In this document: positions 37,225 to 46,615 of the stretch, in pieces | Position numbering within the stretch: position 1 is the first letter of the stretch | How the letters are laid out: each line of letters opens with the position of its first letter | From: Dehalococcoidia bacterium | GTDB lineage: Bacteria > Chloroflexota > Dehalococcoidia > Lucifugimonadales > UBA3495 | Assembly (NCBI GenBank): GCA_965226825.1 | Contig: CBDDED010000003.1 | Span: forward strand, 2,566,033 to 2,630,032 | Length of the DNA stretch: 64,000 nucleotides | Direction of reading: 5' to 3' | Notes under the pieces: generated by a model | Seen by the model: only the letters and a program-made list of their open reading frames with translations | The model's database searches: none | Told to the model about the DNA's origin: nothing | Made by a program: the position numbers and the translations under genes

Positions 37225-37339
37225 AACTATCTCAAAACGTGGTTCGACATGCTCCCCATGAGCGGGCCAAAATTGCATTCCGCTCACCCTGAGCTTGTCG
37301 AAGGGCGCCGTCAAGACCAAAGATAGTTTTGAGATAGTT
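37225..37339. repeat. 115-bp nested-palindrome (MITE-like) element
   Basis: It has 14-bp terminal inverted repeats, AACTATCTCAAAAC (37225..37238) and GTTTTGAGATAGTT (37326..37339). An inner inverted pair is TTCGACATGCTCCCCATGAGCGG and CCGCTCACCCTGAGCTTGTCGAA. The element ends 1 nt from the VOC stop codon. Confidence 0.75.
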
Positions 37340-37340
37340 T

Positions 37341-37742
37341 CTAAGTGCCTATCCAGCCGGCTCCGCTGATATCGACAACTTGATGGTCGGGACCGCGGTA
37401 CTTGATCTCATAGTAAGAATGGGCGCCGGGCGTCTGGGCTGGGCCAAAGTCCATGCGGCCCATGGGGGATGCGCCTTCCTCTTCGAGCTTCTTGCAGGCG
37501 GCGTCCACGTCGTCAACCACGAAGCCCAGGTGGTCTATGCCCGCGTACCCGGGAACATCCCGGGGGGATTCGCCGTTGCCCTGCTCGTTGCTCCTAAGGA
37601 TGGCAAGGTTGATGTACCCGTCGGACAGGTAAACGCCAGATCCGGCCTTGCCGACTTCTTCCAGGTCAAACGCGGACTTGTAAAATTCGGCGGTTTTTCC
37701 CGGGTCAGGTGTGCGTATGGCGATATGCTTGATCCTGGCCAT
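37341..37742 (-). CDS. VOC (glyoxalase/bleomycin-resistance/extradiol dioxygenase) family protein
   Basis: This 133-aa protein has the N-terminus MARIKHIAIRTPDPGKTAEFY. It is a paralogue of 60559..60987. Confidence 0.85.
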   Translation of the reverse strand: MARIKHIAIRTPDPGKTAEFYKSAFDLEEVGKAGSGVYLSDGYINLAILRSNEQGNGESPRDVPGYAGIDHLGFVVDDVDAACKKLEEEGASPMGRMDFGPAQTPGAHSYYEIKYRGPDHQVVDISGAGWIGT

Positions 37743-37897
37743 GGTTCCCTCCCTACCTAATAGAGTTACCTGAAACGTCGGCTATCGGTGGTCTTGCGGA
37801 ACGGGGCCCGCTGTTGGTCCCCTTCCACATCGGCCGGTGCGGTCGCTTGGATTATATTCGGGGCAACAGACCCCAATCAACCGGCCTGCAGAGCGGG

Positions 37898-38764
37898 TTA
37901 GACCCGGACCACGTCCGGAATGTCCTCGACAACCCCAACCAGGAAGTTGCGCACCAGGCGGTTAAAGGTTTCGGGTTTTTCGGTCATGGGAAGATGGCCG
38001 CAATTGTCGATTACGTCCAGATTGGAGTTGGGAAGCACGGAATTCAGGGCCTCTCCCTGTTCCAGAGGCGCAAGGCCGTCCTGGCGGCCCCAAATCAACA
38101 GGGTCTCAGTCTCGACGGCGGGAAGCATCTGCATGAGTTCCGGGTCAGTTGATCCGTCTTTGGTCAACTCTGCGACCAGCCCGCGACCTTTCCATTGACG
38201 TTCGAATTCAGGGCCCCGGCGGACGTTTTCCCACTCGGCTCCAAAGCCGTAAGCCTGGGCGGTCGCGATGAGTCCCAGTTTGGCGAACACCGCCTTGGCG
38301 AAGTCCTCTTCATCCAGGTCCGACAGGTTTGGCGGATTGCCATGCTGATCGACTGCGGAGAAGTCCAACCCCATGGGATTGGACAGAATCATGTGGCCCG
38401 CCCGGTCAGGGTGCCTTGCGGCCAGCCATAGAGCAATCCAGCCGCCAATCGAATGGCCCGCCAGCGTCACCCGTTCCAACTCCAGGGCGTCCATCATTTC
38501 CAGGACCACGCGCCCGTAGTCTCCAACAGAAGCAATCGATTCTGGTGGTTTCCCTTCTCGCCAGCCCGGCAGTTGGGGCAGGTAGGTCACGGCGGTGGTG
38601 CCTAACGCCATGTGGCAAGCTTCCCACTTACCGGCGCCCCCCATGCCGTGAAGATACATGATCGGGTCCGCGCCCTCTTCGGCGCCGCCCACCAGGTACG
38701 AGATGTCAAACCCACCGGCTTTCACGGCCCGGCGGGTGAAAATTGAACCGTCAGCAGCTCCCAT
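37898..38764 (-). CDS. alpha/beta hydrolase (meta-cleavage-product hydrolase-like)
   Basis: This 288-aa protein has the nucleophile elbow GHSIGGW, sits in an aromatic-catabolism context, and has a C-terminal His motif (NCGHLP). Confidence 0.8.
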   Translation of the reverse strand: MGAADGSIFTRRAVKAGGFDISYLVGGAEEGADPIMYLHGMGGAGKWEACHMALGTTAVTYLPQLPGWREGKPPESIASVGDYGRVVLEMMDALELERVTLAGHSIGGWIALWLAARHPDRAGHMILSNPMGLDFSAVDQHGNPPNLSDLDEEDFAKAVFAKLGLIATAQAYGFGAEWENVRRGPEFERQWKGRGLVAELTKDGSTDPELMQMLPAVETETLLIWGRQDGLAPLEQGEALNSVLPNSNLDVIDNCGHLPMTEKPETFNRLVRNFLVGVVEDIPDVVRV

Positions 38765-38815
38765 AAGCCTATCTATCCGGCGCAGCCGGAATCGCGGGGC
38801 AACCCTTGGTGGACA

Positions 38816-39325
38816 TCATGCGGTCTCGGCCCACCAGAGTTTGACGCAATCCAGCTCGAAATAAGTATCCATTGCCTCGGTGTCGGGCAGCGGACTGCCC
38901 TCGGGTAGAGTTACGCCCAACCGGATCAGGTAATCTTCTCCCGACTCGGCTCTCTTTTGGACTGCCAGGGCCGCATCAGGCTCGCGCTGGTCCCCAATCC
39001 GTTTGAAGTCTCCGTACCGGCCCTGGAACATGACCGTGCGCTCAGAACCGGTCTTGTAGTAGGTCTCCAGCAGCACCTCGGCGTCGTCATCGATGGGCCC
39101 GCCCTGCTGGTCCACAAGGACCAGCCTCAGGGCGCATCCCCGGTGTTCTGAAGTGGGCCCCACAAAAATCAACTGGTAAGGCGCGCCGTCGGGTCCGGGC
39201 GGAGGCACGTGCATTTCCCAACCGACGGAAACCTTCCCGTCCGAGGTTTCCTGAAAATCCCGGCCGGTTTCAAAGGATTCCCGCGTCAGGGTGTAATTGA
39301 AGTCTTCGTACAGGGAGAGGGTCAT
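38816..39325 (-). CDS. hypothetical protein, no recognisable family
   Basis: This 169-aa ORF is embedded in the same-strand operon with 51- and 71-nt gaps. Its composition looks coding. It has no signal peptide or TM helix. Confidence 0.6.
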   Translation of the reverse strand: MTLSLYEDFNYTLTRESFETGRDFQETSDGKVSVGWEMHVPPPGPDGAPYQLIFVGPTSEHRGCALRLVLVDQQGGPIDDDAEVLLETYYKTGSERTVMFQGRYGDFKRIGDQREPDAALAVQKRAESGEDYLIRLGVTLPEGSPLPDTEAMDTYFELDCVKLWWAETA

Positions 39326-39396
39326 TTCTAGCTACTCTTTCGTTACCTTGAATGTGAAGTGATTTGGCGAATGTAAAGGAATTTGGCGGCGTGCAA

Positions 39397-40563
39397 TTAC
39401 ACCGCTTCGGCTTGCTTTTCCGGCATACCGGCCGGCGACGTGTTGATGTCCCGGAGCCGGGGAATTACCTCCTCGGCAAAGAGGTGTTTTGACTTCATCA
39501 CGTTCTCGTGGGCACTCTTGCCGGCGCGGAACATACCCAGGAAATGGCCGTATCCCGCAGTCCGCATGTCGTTGCCCAACCATTCGGCCACGTAATCGGG
39601 GTCTCCGCAGACTATGAATCCGGATTCCCGAAGTTTTTCGAAAGGTGTCCCCGGGCCGGGCATCTCGGCCCCGGCGGAGCGCTTGCGGTACTCGTAGGAA
39701 CGGTCGGTCTGCAGCCCCGGCACGGGAGCCGGCACCTGCACCGGGCGGCTAAACGTGCTCAGGCGCCGAACGTACATCACGGCGTCGCGGCACTCTTCGA
39801 TTGCTTGTTCGGTGGTCTCGGCTACATGGACGTACCTGGAGCCGATGAATTGGTCAGGGCCGGCCTCCCAACCGAATTTTTCCTTGGCGACCTCCGTATA
39901 GTATTCGAAGGCATCCTGGAACACCACCGTGGGGTTCCACACCCGGGCGATGGGAATCCGCCGCTGTGCGGCGAATTCTATGGTCTCGGCCGAGCCCGCG
40001 GGCATCCAGATGGGCAGGGGGTCTTGAATTGGCCGCGGCCAGACTGAAACCGCCTTTAAATTGTAGAAATCTCCCTGGTAATCAAAGATTTCCTCGGTTA
40101 GGCACTTCTTCATGATTTCGTAGGTCTCGGCGAAACGCTCCCGGCTGGTGAAAGGATCGATGTTGTAAGAGACGTACTCCTGTGGGACACCCCTCACTAT
40201 GCCGCCAATGAAGCGCCCTCCCGACAGCACGTCAAGCTGGGCAAACTCCTCGGCCGTCTGGACCGGGTGCCGGAGGGGAAGGACGTGACCGATGACGCCG
40301 ACTTTCATCTTATTGGTTCTGGCGATTAACGCCGCAGCCAATACGGTGCATGACGGGTTGATGTTGAAGTAGGTGAAATGGTGTTCGTTGACAAACGCCC
40401 CGTCATACCCCAACTCCTCGCATAACTCCCATTCTTCCAGGTGCTCCCGGTAGGTCAGGGCCGCCAGTTGGGGGTCGCAATACTTGTTGGTCTGCCGGGC
40501 TTCCGGCCCAATTTCATCAGGGATACCTGGATAGGTCGTTTCGTCAAAGCTGTAAAACTTCAT
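39397..40563 (-). CDS. LLM-class (luciferase-like) flavin-dependent monooxygenase
   Basis: This is a 388-aa protein starting at MKFYSFDETTYPG, with a GAGGGG SD. The TIM-barrel LLM body includes YDGAFVNEHHF. The track start at 40827 is over-extended. Confidence 0.85.
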   Translation of the reverse strand: MKFYSFDETTYPGIPDEIGPEARQTNKYCDPQLAALTYREHLEEWELCEELGYDGAFVNEHHFTYFNINPSCTVLAAALIARTNKMKVGVIGHVLPLRHPVQTAEEFAQLDVLSGGRFIGGIVRGVPQEYVSYNIDPFTSRERFAETYEIMKKCLTEEIFDYQGDFYNLKAVSVWPRPIQDPLPIWMPAGSAETIEFAAQRRIPIARVWNPTVVFQDAFEYYTEVAKEKFGWEAGPDQFIGSRYVHVAETTEQAIEECRDAVMYVRRLSTFSRPVQVPAPVPGLQTDRSYEYRKRSAGAEMPGPGTPFEKLRESGFIVCGDPDYVAEWLGNDMRTAGYGHFLGMFRAGKSAHENVMKSKHLFAEEVIPRLRDINTSPAGMPEKQAEAV

Positions 40564-40664
40564 TGCCCCTCGAGCTTCTTTTCGTTTCCCGGTGAAGCCG
40601 TCAGCCACTCCACGCGTTGCCGCTGAAGCGCCGGCCGCGGCGTCTCCAAGAATATACAAGGATT

Positions 40665-41183
40665 TTACAGAATAATGCTGACCGCCCCATGAGCATCCAA
40701 CGCCTCCAGGTCCAGTTCGGCGCGGCGGTAGCGAATCTTCCAATCGGAACCGGAGCGCACCAGGCGGTAGAAAAACCGGGCCACGTATGGGTCGGTCTGA
40801 CGCATTCGGATCCGGTACACCAGGCAAGACCCGGTAACCGAGACTTCATCCCCGTCGGTTTCGGTGACCCGAACGTTGCTGATGAAGCGCCGGGTGCGGG
40901 ACCAGGGATACTCCCGGTGAGCATGCCGGCTGTTGAGCCGCACGACCCTGGCCCGGAGCCGCACGATATCGTCATCGATGAACACCAGGTTTTCGCTGGG
41001 GTCGCCGTCAGGAAGGTCTGTGGTTGGCACCACATAGCGAGTGTCTTCGGTGAATAGCGTCAGCCACTCGTCCAAACGCCATTCGTCCAACAACGCCGCC
41101 TCTCGGTAGAGGAAATCCTCCACCTCCAGGCGCAAGGCGGCGTCAAACGCCACGCCTGCCGGGTTGCCGGTTGGACTAGTCAT
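40665..41183 (-). CDS. aromatic ring-hydroxylating dioxygenase beta (small) subunit
   Basis: This 172-aa NTF2-like protein (VEDFLYREAALLDEWRLDEWLTLF) overlaps the alpha-subunit stop by 8 nt. Confidence 0.85.
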   Translation of the reverse strand: MTSPTGNPAGVAFDAALRLEVEDFLYREAALLDEWRLDEWLTLFTEDTRYVVPTTDLPDGDPSENLVFIDDDIVRLRARVVRLNSRHAHREYPWSRTRRFISNVRVTETDGDEVSVTGSCLVYRIRMRQTDPYVARFFYRLVRSGSDWKIRYRRAELDLEALDAHGAVSIIL

Positions 41184-42510
41184 CGTCTCCGGCGATCAAT
41201 TCGGGGGTAAGGGTCTGGCGGTCGCGGCCCGGTTGGTCCACGGTGTTGACGTGTCCCAAGCCCATCATGTGGGCGTGCCACTGCCGCCACATGGCGCGCA
41301 TCTGCTGCTCGTCCGAGTTCTTGGGCTCCCGGTGCATCCCCCTGGAGATGTCGGACCACTCCAATTCCTTTGCCTGAAAACCCCGCTGGCAGGACTCCAG
41401 AGCCTCCACGTCATCGGGGGTTGCGAACCCGCCTGGGCCCAGGAAGGTCAAGAAGCTGTCCAACCGTCGCGACAGCTGCCGGGCCGACTCTTCGCCCGGC
41501 CCCAGGTTCCAGGCAGTGACGTCCATGTGGTTGGGAGCCACCGGCCAGAATACTCTGACCGTGATGGCCATAATGTCGTTGATCACCAAGTTGGGGTAGA
41601 TGAGCAGGTTGCGGGACGTATCGCACATTCGAAACGCCCACTCCTCGCCGTACTTGTCCACCAATTCGGCCCTGACCTGGGCGATCTCTTCTTTGGCGTC
41701 CTCCCCGTACATCAGGTGCCAGTGAGCGATGGGCCGCCCGTTTCTGGCCTCGCTTTCAATAACCGCGTGCCCGTTGCCCAGGGCCCTTGCCACTCCGGCG
41801 CGGGGGCGGCGAACGTCTACACCGCTCGTGTCGGTGCCCAAGCTGGATATGTAGTCCAGGTAGGTCTGGTGCGTGGGCTGAAGGTGATAGCCGTCCATGC
41901 TGTTCTCGCACAACAGCTTCCAGTTGGCCCGCATGGTGTACTTGTTGGTGCCCTTGGTAATCTTCATGCCGACTTCGGACTGGTCGGCAATCAGGTCCAG
42001 ATACTCCCTGGCTCCCGCCAGGTACTCGACCAGGGGCTCAATCTGCGGATTGAAACTAACGAACCAAAAGCCCCGGTAGCCTTCAACCCGGGGCGGGGGT
42101 TTTAGCCCCAGCTTGGACTTATCGAAATCGGGGCCGTAGCCCTCTTCATCAGGGACGCCGATTAACTGCCCCTGATTATTGAACGTCCAGGCATGGTAGA
42201 AGCACTGGAAAGACTCGGTGGCGCCTTCGTCCTGGCGGCAAATCATGGCCCCCCGGTGGGGGCAGGAGTTGAGGAAAGCCCTCACGTTTCCGTCGTTGCC
42301 GCGGGCGAAAAACACGGGGCGGCCAGCCACTTCGCGCCGGCGGTAATCCCCCGGCTTTGCCACTTCCGACTCGTGGCCCAGGTACAGCCAGCACTGGTCG
42401 AAAACCCGCTCTCGCTCCAGCGCGAACAACTCCGGAGAAGTCAACGCCGACCGGTGAACCTTGAAGATGCCTTGGTCTCGATCATCGATGATCAGGTCCT
42501 TGATTTGCAT
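41176..42510 (-). CDS. Rieske [2Fe-2S] aromatic ring-hydroxylating dioxygenase alpha subunit
   Basis: It has the Rieske motif CPHRGAMIC...CFYHAWTF and a catalytic domain with His/Asp ligand regions. It is 444 aa long with a GAGGGGG SD. Confidence 0.9.
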   Translation of the reverse strand: MQIKDLIIDDRDQGIFKVHRSALTSPELFALERERVFDQCWLYLGHESEVAKPGDYRRREVAGRPVFFARGNDGNVRAFLNSCPHRGAMICRQDEGATESFQCFYHAWTFNNQGQLIGVPDEEGYGPDFDKSKLGLKPPPRVEGYRGFWFVSFNPQIEPLVEYLAGAREYLDLIADQSEVGMKITKGTNKYTMRANWKLLCENSMDGYHLQPTHQTYLDYISSLGTDTSGVDVRRPRAGVARALGNGHAVIESEARNGRPIAHWHLMYGEDAKEEIAQVRAELVDKYGEEWAFRMCDTSRNLLIYPNLVINDIMAITVRVFWPVAPNHMDVTAWNLGPGEESARQLSRRLDSFLTFLGPGGFATPDDVEALESCQRGFQAKELEWSDISRGMHREPKNSDEQQMRAMWRQWHAHMMGLGHVNTVDQPGRDRQTLTPELIAGDDD

Positions 42511-42540
42511 AGGGACCCCCTCAACAACGCTTTTGAGCCA

Positions 42541-42569
42541 AGCCTATAGGGATTGGATTGGGCTGTCAA
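42541..42569 (-). promoter_or_regulatory. candidate promoter of the dioxygenase operon
   Basis: The minus strand has a perfect TTGACA (42569..42564), then TATAGG after 15 nt or TAGGCT after 17 nt. It lies about 30-55 nt upstream of the ATG at 42510. Confidence 0.4.
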
Positions 42570-42575
42570 CGCTGC

Positions 42576-42623
42576 GATGCTTTTGAATGCCGATGCGTTT
42601 GAATGCCGATGCGTTTGAATGCC
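42576..42623. repeat. three tandem 16-bp direct repeats (GATGCKTTTGAATGCC)
   Basis: The units are at 42576..42591, 42592..42607 and 42608..42623. Two are identical and one has a single mismatch. They start 7 nt upstream of the -35 box. Confidence 0.9.
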
Positions 42624-42801
42624 GGGGACAATCGAAGCGCTTAGGAAGGTGTGTCGGAGTATTGAAGAATCGCGAGGGTGTACCCCGTAAGATTCAATCC
42701 AGCTAGGCAGGCGCCGCCCCCAAAAAGTTGGCGGCGGCGTCCCAACCCGGGATTCACCGCCGCCGTCCGTTAGGCTCCGTCCGTTAGGGTGAGGATTCGA
42801 G

Positions 42802-43725
42802 CTAGGCGTATTTCCCGGAGATTTGGGGTGTGGTGCCTTCCTTACCCTGGTCCATCATCTCCAGGCGTGTCGTTCGGGCCCAGGTCCGTTTCAGGTCGTC
42901 CTGGACGTTGAACCGGAGCACGCCCATGCCCTCGACCTCCAGGTCGACCTTGTCGCCGTCCTGGAAGGCGCTGAGGCCGCGATGGTTGGTGCCGGTGGCG
43001 ATAACGTCGCCGGGTTCCAGGTCATGGATTGAGCTGACCCACTCGATAATCCTGGGAATCTGATGCGCCATGTCGTTGGTGTTGTAGTTTTGCTTCAGGT
43101 CCTCGTTGACCCACAGCCGCACCGGCAGGTTTTGAGGGTCTTCAATCTCGTCGGCCGTGACCAGCCAGGGACCCATCGGAGCAAAGGTCGCCCGGGATTT
43201 CATCTGGTAGAAGGTGTTGCCACTGGGCGGCAGGCCGCGGGCCGATCCGTCGATGAAGTTCAGGTAGCCGAAAATGTAGTCGAAGGCGTCTTCCTGGCTC
43301 ACGTTGCTGGCGTGCTTGCCAATCACCAGGGCCAACTCCGCCTCACCCTCGAAAATCGTGGCCGGAACGTCGGGAAGGACCATGGTGTCGGCTTGCCCGA
43401 TTACTGCGTTCGGCGACTTGTGGAACGCGTTGATCGGTGCCGGCGCGTCCCTTGTCCCGTCCTCCATGTAGTTGACGGCCATTGCCACAATGTTGCCCGG
43501 CTTGGGCAGGGGAGACCGCAATTTTACCTGCTCCACCGGGGTGCCTTGGCCGCTGTCCGCAGCCTGTTGCAGCGCGTCCCGGTGCTGGGAGAAATTGGCG
43601 ATTACCTGGTTGATCAGGTCCTGGGGAGAGGTGTGGTTGACGCCGGAAACCGCCGCGCCCACGTCCACCACGTTCCCATCCTTTATGACGCCGAGTTTGA
43701 AATCGTCGAAGAATACCAGCTTCAT
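42802..43725 (-). CDS. fumarylacetoacetate hydrolase (FAH) family hydratase/decarboxylase
   Basis: This 307-aa protein has the FAH C-terminal domain (EGEAELALVIGK, GPWLVT). It is a paralogue of 16748..17557. Confidence 0.85.
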   Translation of the reverse strand: MKLVFFDDFKLGVIKDGNVVDVGAAVSGVNHTSPQDLINQVIANFSQHRDALQQAADSGQGTPVEQVKLRSPLPKPGNIVAMAVNYMEDGTRDAPAPINAFHKSPNAVIGQADTMVLPDVPATIFEGEAELALVIGKHASNVSQEDAFDYIFGYLNFIDGSARGLPPSGNTFYQMKSRATFAPMGPWLVTADEIEDPQNLPVRLWVNEDLKQNYNTNDMAHQIPRIIEWVSSIHDLEPGDVIATGTNHRGLSAFQDGDKVDLEVEGMGVLRFNVQDDLKRTWARTTRLEMMDQGKEGTTPQISGKYA

Positions 43726-43872
43726 GCTTTCCCCCTTAAATTCGATTAAATAAGTAAACAGAGATGGATCAGTTGTGTTGAATGCCTGGCGGCCAGGGTC
43801 CCCGTAATCTTGAGTCAGCCGCCAGTATTGTATTGGGAAGCGTGTTCAAGGGTCAACGGCGGTCGCGGAAAC

Positions 43873-43900
43873 TTGACGCCGGGGCAAGCCTAACTACAAT
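43873..43900 (+). promoter_or_regulatory. candidate sigma70 promoter for the CoA-transferase pair
   Basis: It reads TTGACG (43873..43878), a 16-nt spacer, then TACAAT (43895..43900), about 120 nt upstream of ATG 44021. Confidence 0.35.
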
Positions 43901-44020
43901 ACGGTTGGGAATCCGGCGCCGGGGCCCCGATCTCAAGGTTAACCGGCCGGCTGTCGTTTTTGTCCCCACGCGGCCGGAGAAGCTCCCTCTCAAGACGCCC
44001 AGAGTACAGGAGTATCGCCC

Positions 44021-45289
44021 ATGCCCGAAAACCCAGACCCGGCCCAACACCTGCTGAGTCCCTACCGCGTGTTGGACCTCACCGACCAGAGGGGGCTGCT
44101 CTGCGGCAAGATTTTGGCCGACCTGGGCGCCGACGTTGTCCAGGTTGAACCTCCCTCGGGCAGTACGGCCCGGAAGTTGGGGCCGTTTTACCAGGACCAG
44201 GCGGAGCCGGAGAAAAGCCTTTACTGGTGGTCCTACGCCGCAAACAAGCGGGGCATTACCCTGGACCTGGAAACCGGCAAAGGCAAGGAATTGCTGCTCC
44301 GGCTAGCGGCAACCGCCCACTTTGTAATCGAGTCGGCAGACTTGGGTTACATGGACGGGTTGGGTTTGGGTTACGACCGGTTGGCTGAGGTAAATCCAGG
44401 CCTGGTGATGGTGTCGATCACTCCCTTCGGCCAGGACGGCCCCTACGCCAACTACAACGCACCGGACATTGTGGGCACCGCCTTGGGCGGGTTCATGTGG
44501 TTGACCGGAGACGCCGACCGGCCGCCGGTTAGGGTAAGTTCCCCCCACTTTTACCTCCACGGCTCCGCGGCCGGCGCCACCGGCGCGATGCTGGCCCATA
44601 CTTACCGGGCCCTGACCGGCCAGGGCCAACGGGTTGACGTGTCGTGCCAGCAGGCAGTGGCGCGAACCCTGGCCCACGCCCCGCAACAGTGGGACGTAAA
44701 CAAGGTGCTGCTAACCCGTATGGGCGTTTACCGGCAAACCTCGGGGGACAACGTAGTGCGCATTTCCTGGCCCTGCAAGGACGGGTTCATCAACTATTCG
44801 GCGGGCGGCGGCGGCGGCGGCTCGGCGGCCAGCACCAGGGCATTGCTCCAGTGGATGGACGAGGAAGGATTGGGCGACGAGTACCTGAACTCGGTCAACT
44901 GGGAAGAGTTGGGCTACGGCGAGATGCGGGCTGAACTGATGGTTCGAGTGATCGACCCGTTGATGCGCTTTTTCTCCGCCCACACCAGGGCTGAATTGGT
45001 GGAAGGGAGCGTGCAGCGGCGCATACTGATGTTCCCGGTGTCAACGCCCAAGGACATACTGGCCCATCCCCACCTGGCGGCCAGGGAGTATTTCCAGGAG
45101 ATTCACCACGAGGAGTTGGGGGCCACCTTTACCTATCCGGGCCCTTTCATCAAGGACATGCAGGGGTCCAGGCTGGGCCTGCGCCTCCAACCGCCGGTTA
45201 TCGGACAACACAACCAGGACATTTACCAGGGAGAATTGGGCTTGACCCCCGGCGAGATGGCCTCCCTGAAATCGGAAGGTGTAATTTAA
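44021..45289 (+). CDS. family III CoA-transferase (CaiB/BaiF-like)
   Basis: This 422-aa protein has an N-terminus (YRVLDLTDQRGLLCGKILADLGADVVQVEPP) typical of family III CoA-transferases. Confidence 0.85.
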   Translation: MPENPDPAQHLLSPYRVLDLTDQRGLLCGKILADLGADVVQVEPPSGSTARKLGPFYQDQAEPEKSLYWWSYAANKRGITLDLETGKGKELLLRLAATAHFVIESADLGYMDGLGLGYDRLAEVNPGLVMVSITPFGQDGPYANYNAPDIVGTALGGFMWLTGDADRPPVRVSSPHFYLHGSAAGATGAMLAHTYRALTGQGQRVDVSCQQAVARTLAHAPQQWDVNKVLLTRMGVYRQTSGDNVVRISWPCKDGFINYSAGGGGGGSAASTRALLQWMDEEGLGDEYLNSVNWEELGYGEMRAELMVRVIDPLMRFFSAHTRAELVEGSVQRRILMFPVSTPKDILAHPHLAAREYFQEIHHEELGATFTYPGPFIKDMQGSRLGLRLQPPVIGQHNQDIYQGELGLTPGEMASLKSEGVI

Positions 45290-46521
45290 TGGCCCCTGAA
45301 CCGCAGCCCAGGCCTTTAGACGGCCTCAAAGTCCTGGATTTTTGCTGGGTGGCCGTGGGACCCATGATCACCAAGTACCTGGCCGAGTACGGCGCAACGG
45401 TCATCCGCGTCGAGTCCTCCAAGCGGCCCGACACCCTGCGCAGCGGAGCCCCGCTGAAAGACGACATCCCCGGGATCAACCGCAGCGGCTACTTCGCAAA
45501 TTACAACGCCAACAAGCTCGGCGCAGCTATCGACATGCGCCATCCCAAAGCCAAGGACCTCATACTGAAGCTGGCGTCCTGGGCCGACCTTCTTACCGAA
45601 AACTTTACCCCCGGCACCATGGAAAGCTGGGGAATGGGCTTCGACGACCTGAAGAAGCTCAATTCCAAACTGGTGATGTTCAGCACCTCCATGTTGGGAA
45701 GGGGCGGCCCCATGGAAAAGCAACCCGGTTTTGGGGCGGTGCTCTCTTCCCTGGCCGGACTCACTTTCATCACCGGCTGGCCCGACCGGGACCCGGTCAA
45801 CCCCTATGGGGCCTACACCGACTTCATCGGCCCAAAGTTTGCCGTCGCATCCATCCTGGCCGGCCTGGACTACTCCCGGCGCACCGGGGAAGGGATGCAC
45901 CTGGACATGTCACAGCTGGAGGCATCCCTGCACTTCACCGCGCCGTTCATGCTGGACCAGGAAGTAAACAACCGGGAGCGGACCCGCATGGGCAACCGAG
46001 ATCCGGACGCGGCTCCTCACGGCGTCTACCAGTGCCAGGGCGAGGAGCGTTGGATTGCAGTAGCCTGCTTCTCAGACCAGGAATGGCAAAACCTGGGTGG
46101 GATCATCGAAAAATCAGGGCAGGACTGGCCCCGTCAGGACCGGTTCTCCACACTACAATCCCGCAAGCAGCACGAGGACGAGTTGGAGCGGCTGATGGGT
46201 GAATGGACGTCGGATTGGGACTCCCAAGAGCTTATGCGAATGCTGCAATCTCATGGTGTGGCGGCGGGGGTGGTCAACGATTGCCGCGACCTGTTCAGCG
46301 ATGCCCAATTGACCCACCAGGGGCATTTCGTATACCTGGACCATCCGGAGCTTGGCGTTTACGCCACGGAAACAAGCGAAGTCCGTCTCTCGCTGACGCC
46401 GGGAAAGTTGGACCGGCCGTCACCCCTGTTGGGCCAGGACACCCATCTGGCCCTCACCGAGGTCGTGGGTATATCCGAGGAAGAATACCAGACGCTGGAA
46501 GCCGACGGAGTGCTGATTTAA
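45289..46521 (+). CDS. family III CoA-transferase (CaiB/BaiF-like), second paralogue
   Basis: This 410-aa protein contains LKVLDFCWVAVGPMITKYLAEYGATVIRVES. A TAATG overlap joins it to the previous gene. Confidence 0.85.
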   Translation: MAPEPQPRPLDGLKVLDFCWVAVGPMITKYLAEYGATVIRVESSKRPDTLRSGAPLKDDIPGINRSGYFANYNANKLGAAIDMRHPKAKDLILKLASWADLLTENFTPGTMESWGMGFDDLKKLNSKLVMFSTSMLGRGGPMEKQPGFGAVLSSLAGLTFITGWPDRDPVNPYGAYTDFIGPKFAVASILAGLDYSRRTGEGMHLDMSQLEASLHFTAPFMLDQEVNNRERTRMGNRDPDAAPHGVYQCQGEERWIAVACFSDQEWQNLGGIIEKSGQDWPRQDRFSTLQSRKQHEDELERLMGEWTSDWDSQELMRMLQSHGVAAGVVNDCRDLFSDAQLTHQGHFVYLDHPELGVYATETSEVRLSLTPGKLDRPSPLLGQDTHLALTEVVGISEEEYQTLEADGVLI

Positions 46522-46615
46522 GCCGGCCTAACACCCCAGGTCCCCGGCCACTGCCCCGTCACTACTATGGAAATAGGGCATTTTTATCCTAATGGCTGGC
46601 CTTTCCAAACACAGA

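Noticed and set aside
42576-42623. Possible CRISPR arrays: the tandem repeats at 42576..42623 and 16361..16700
   Set aside because: The repeats are directly abutting with no unique spacers, the unit sizes (16 and 171 bp) are wrong, and there are no cas genes.
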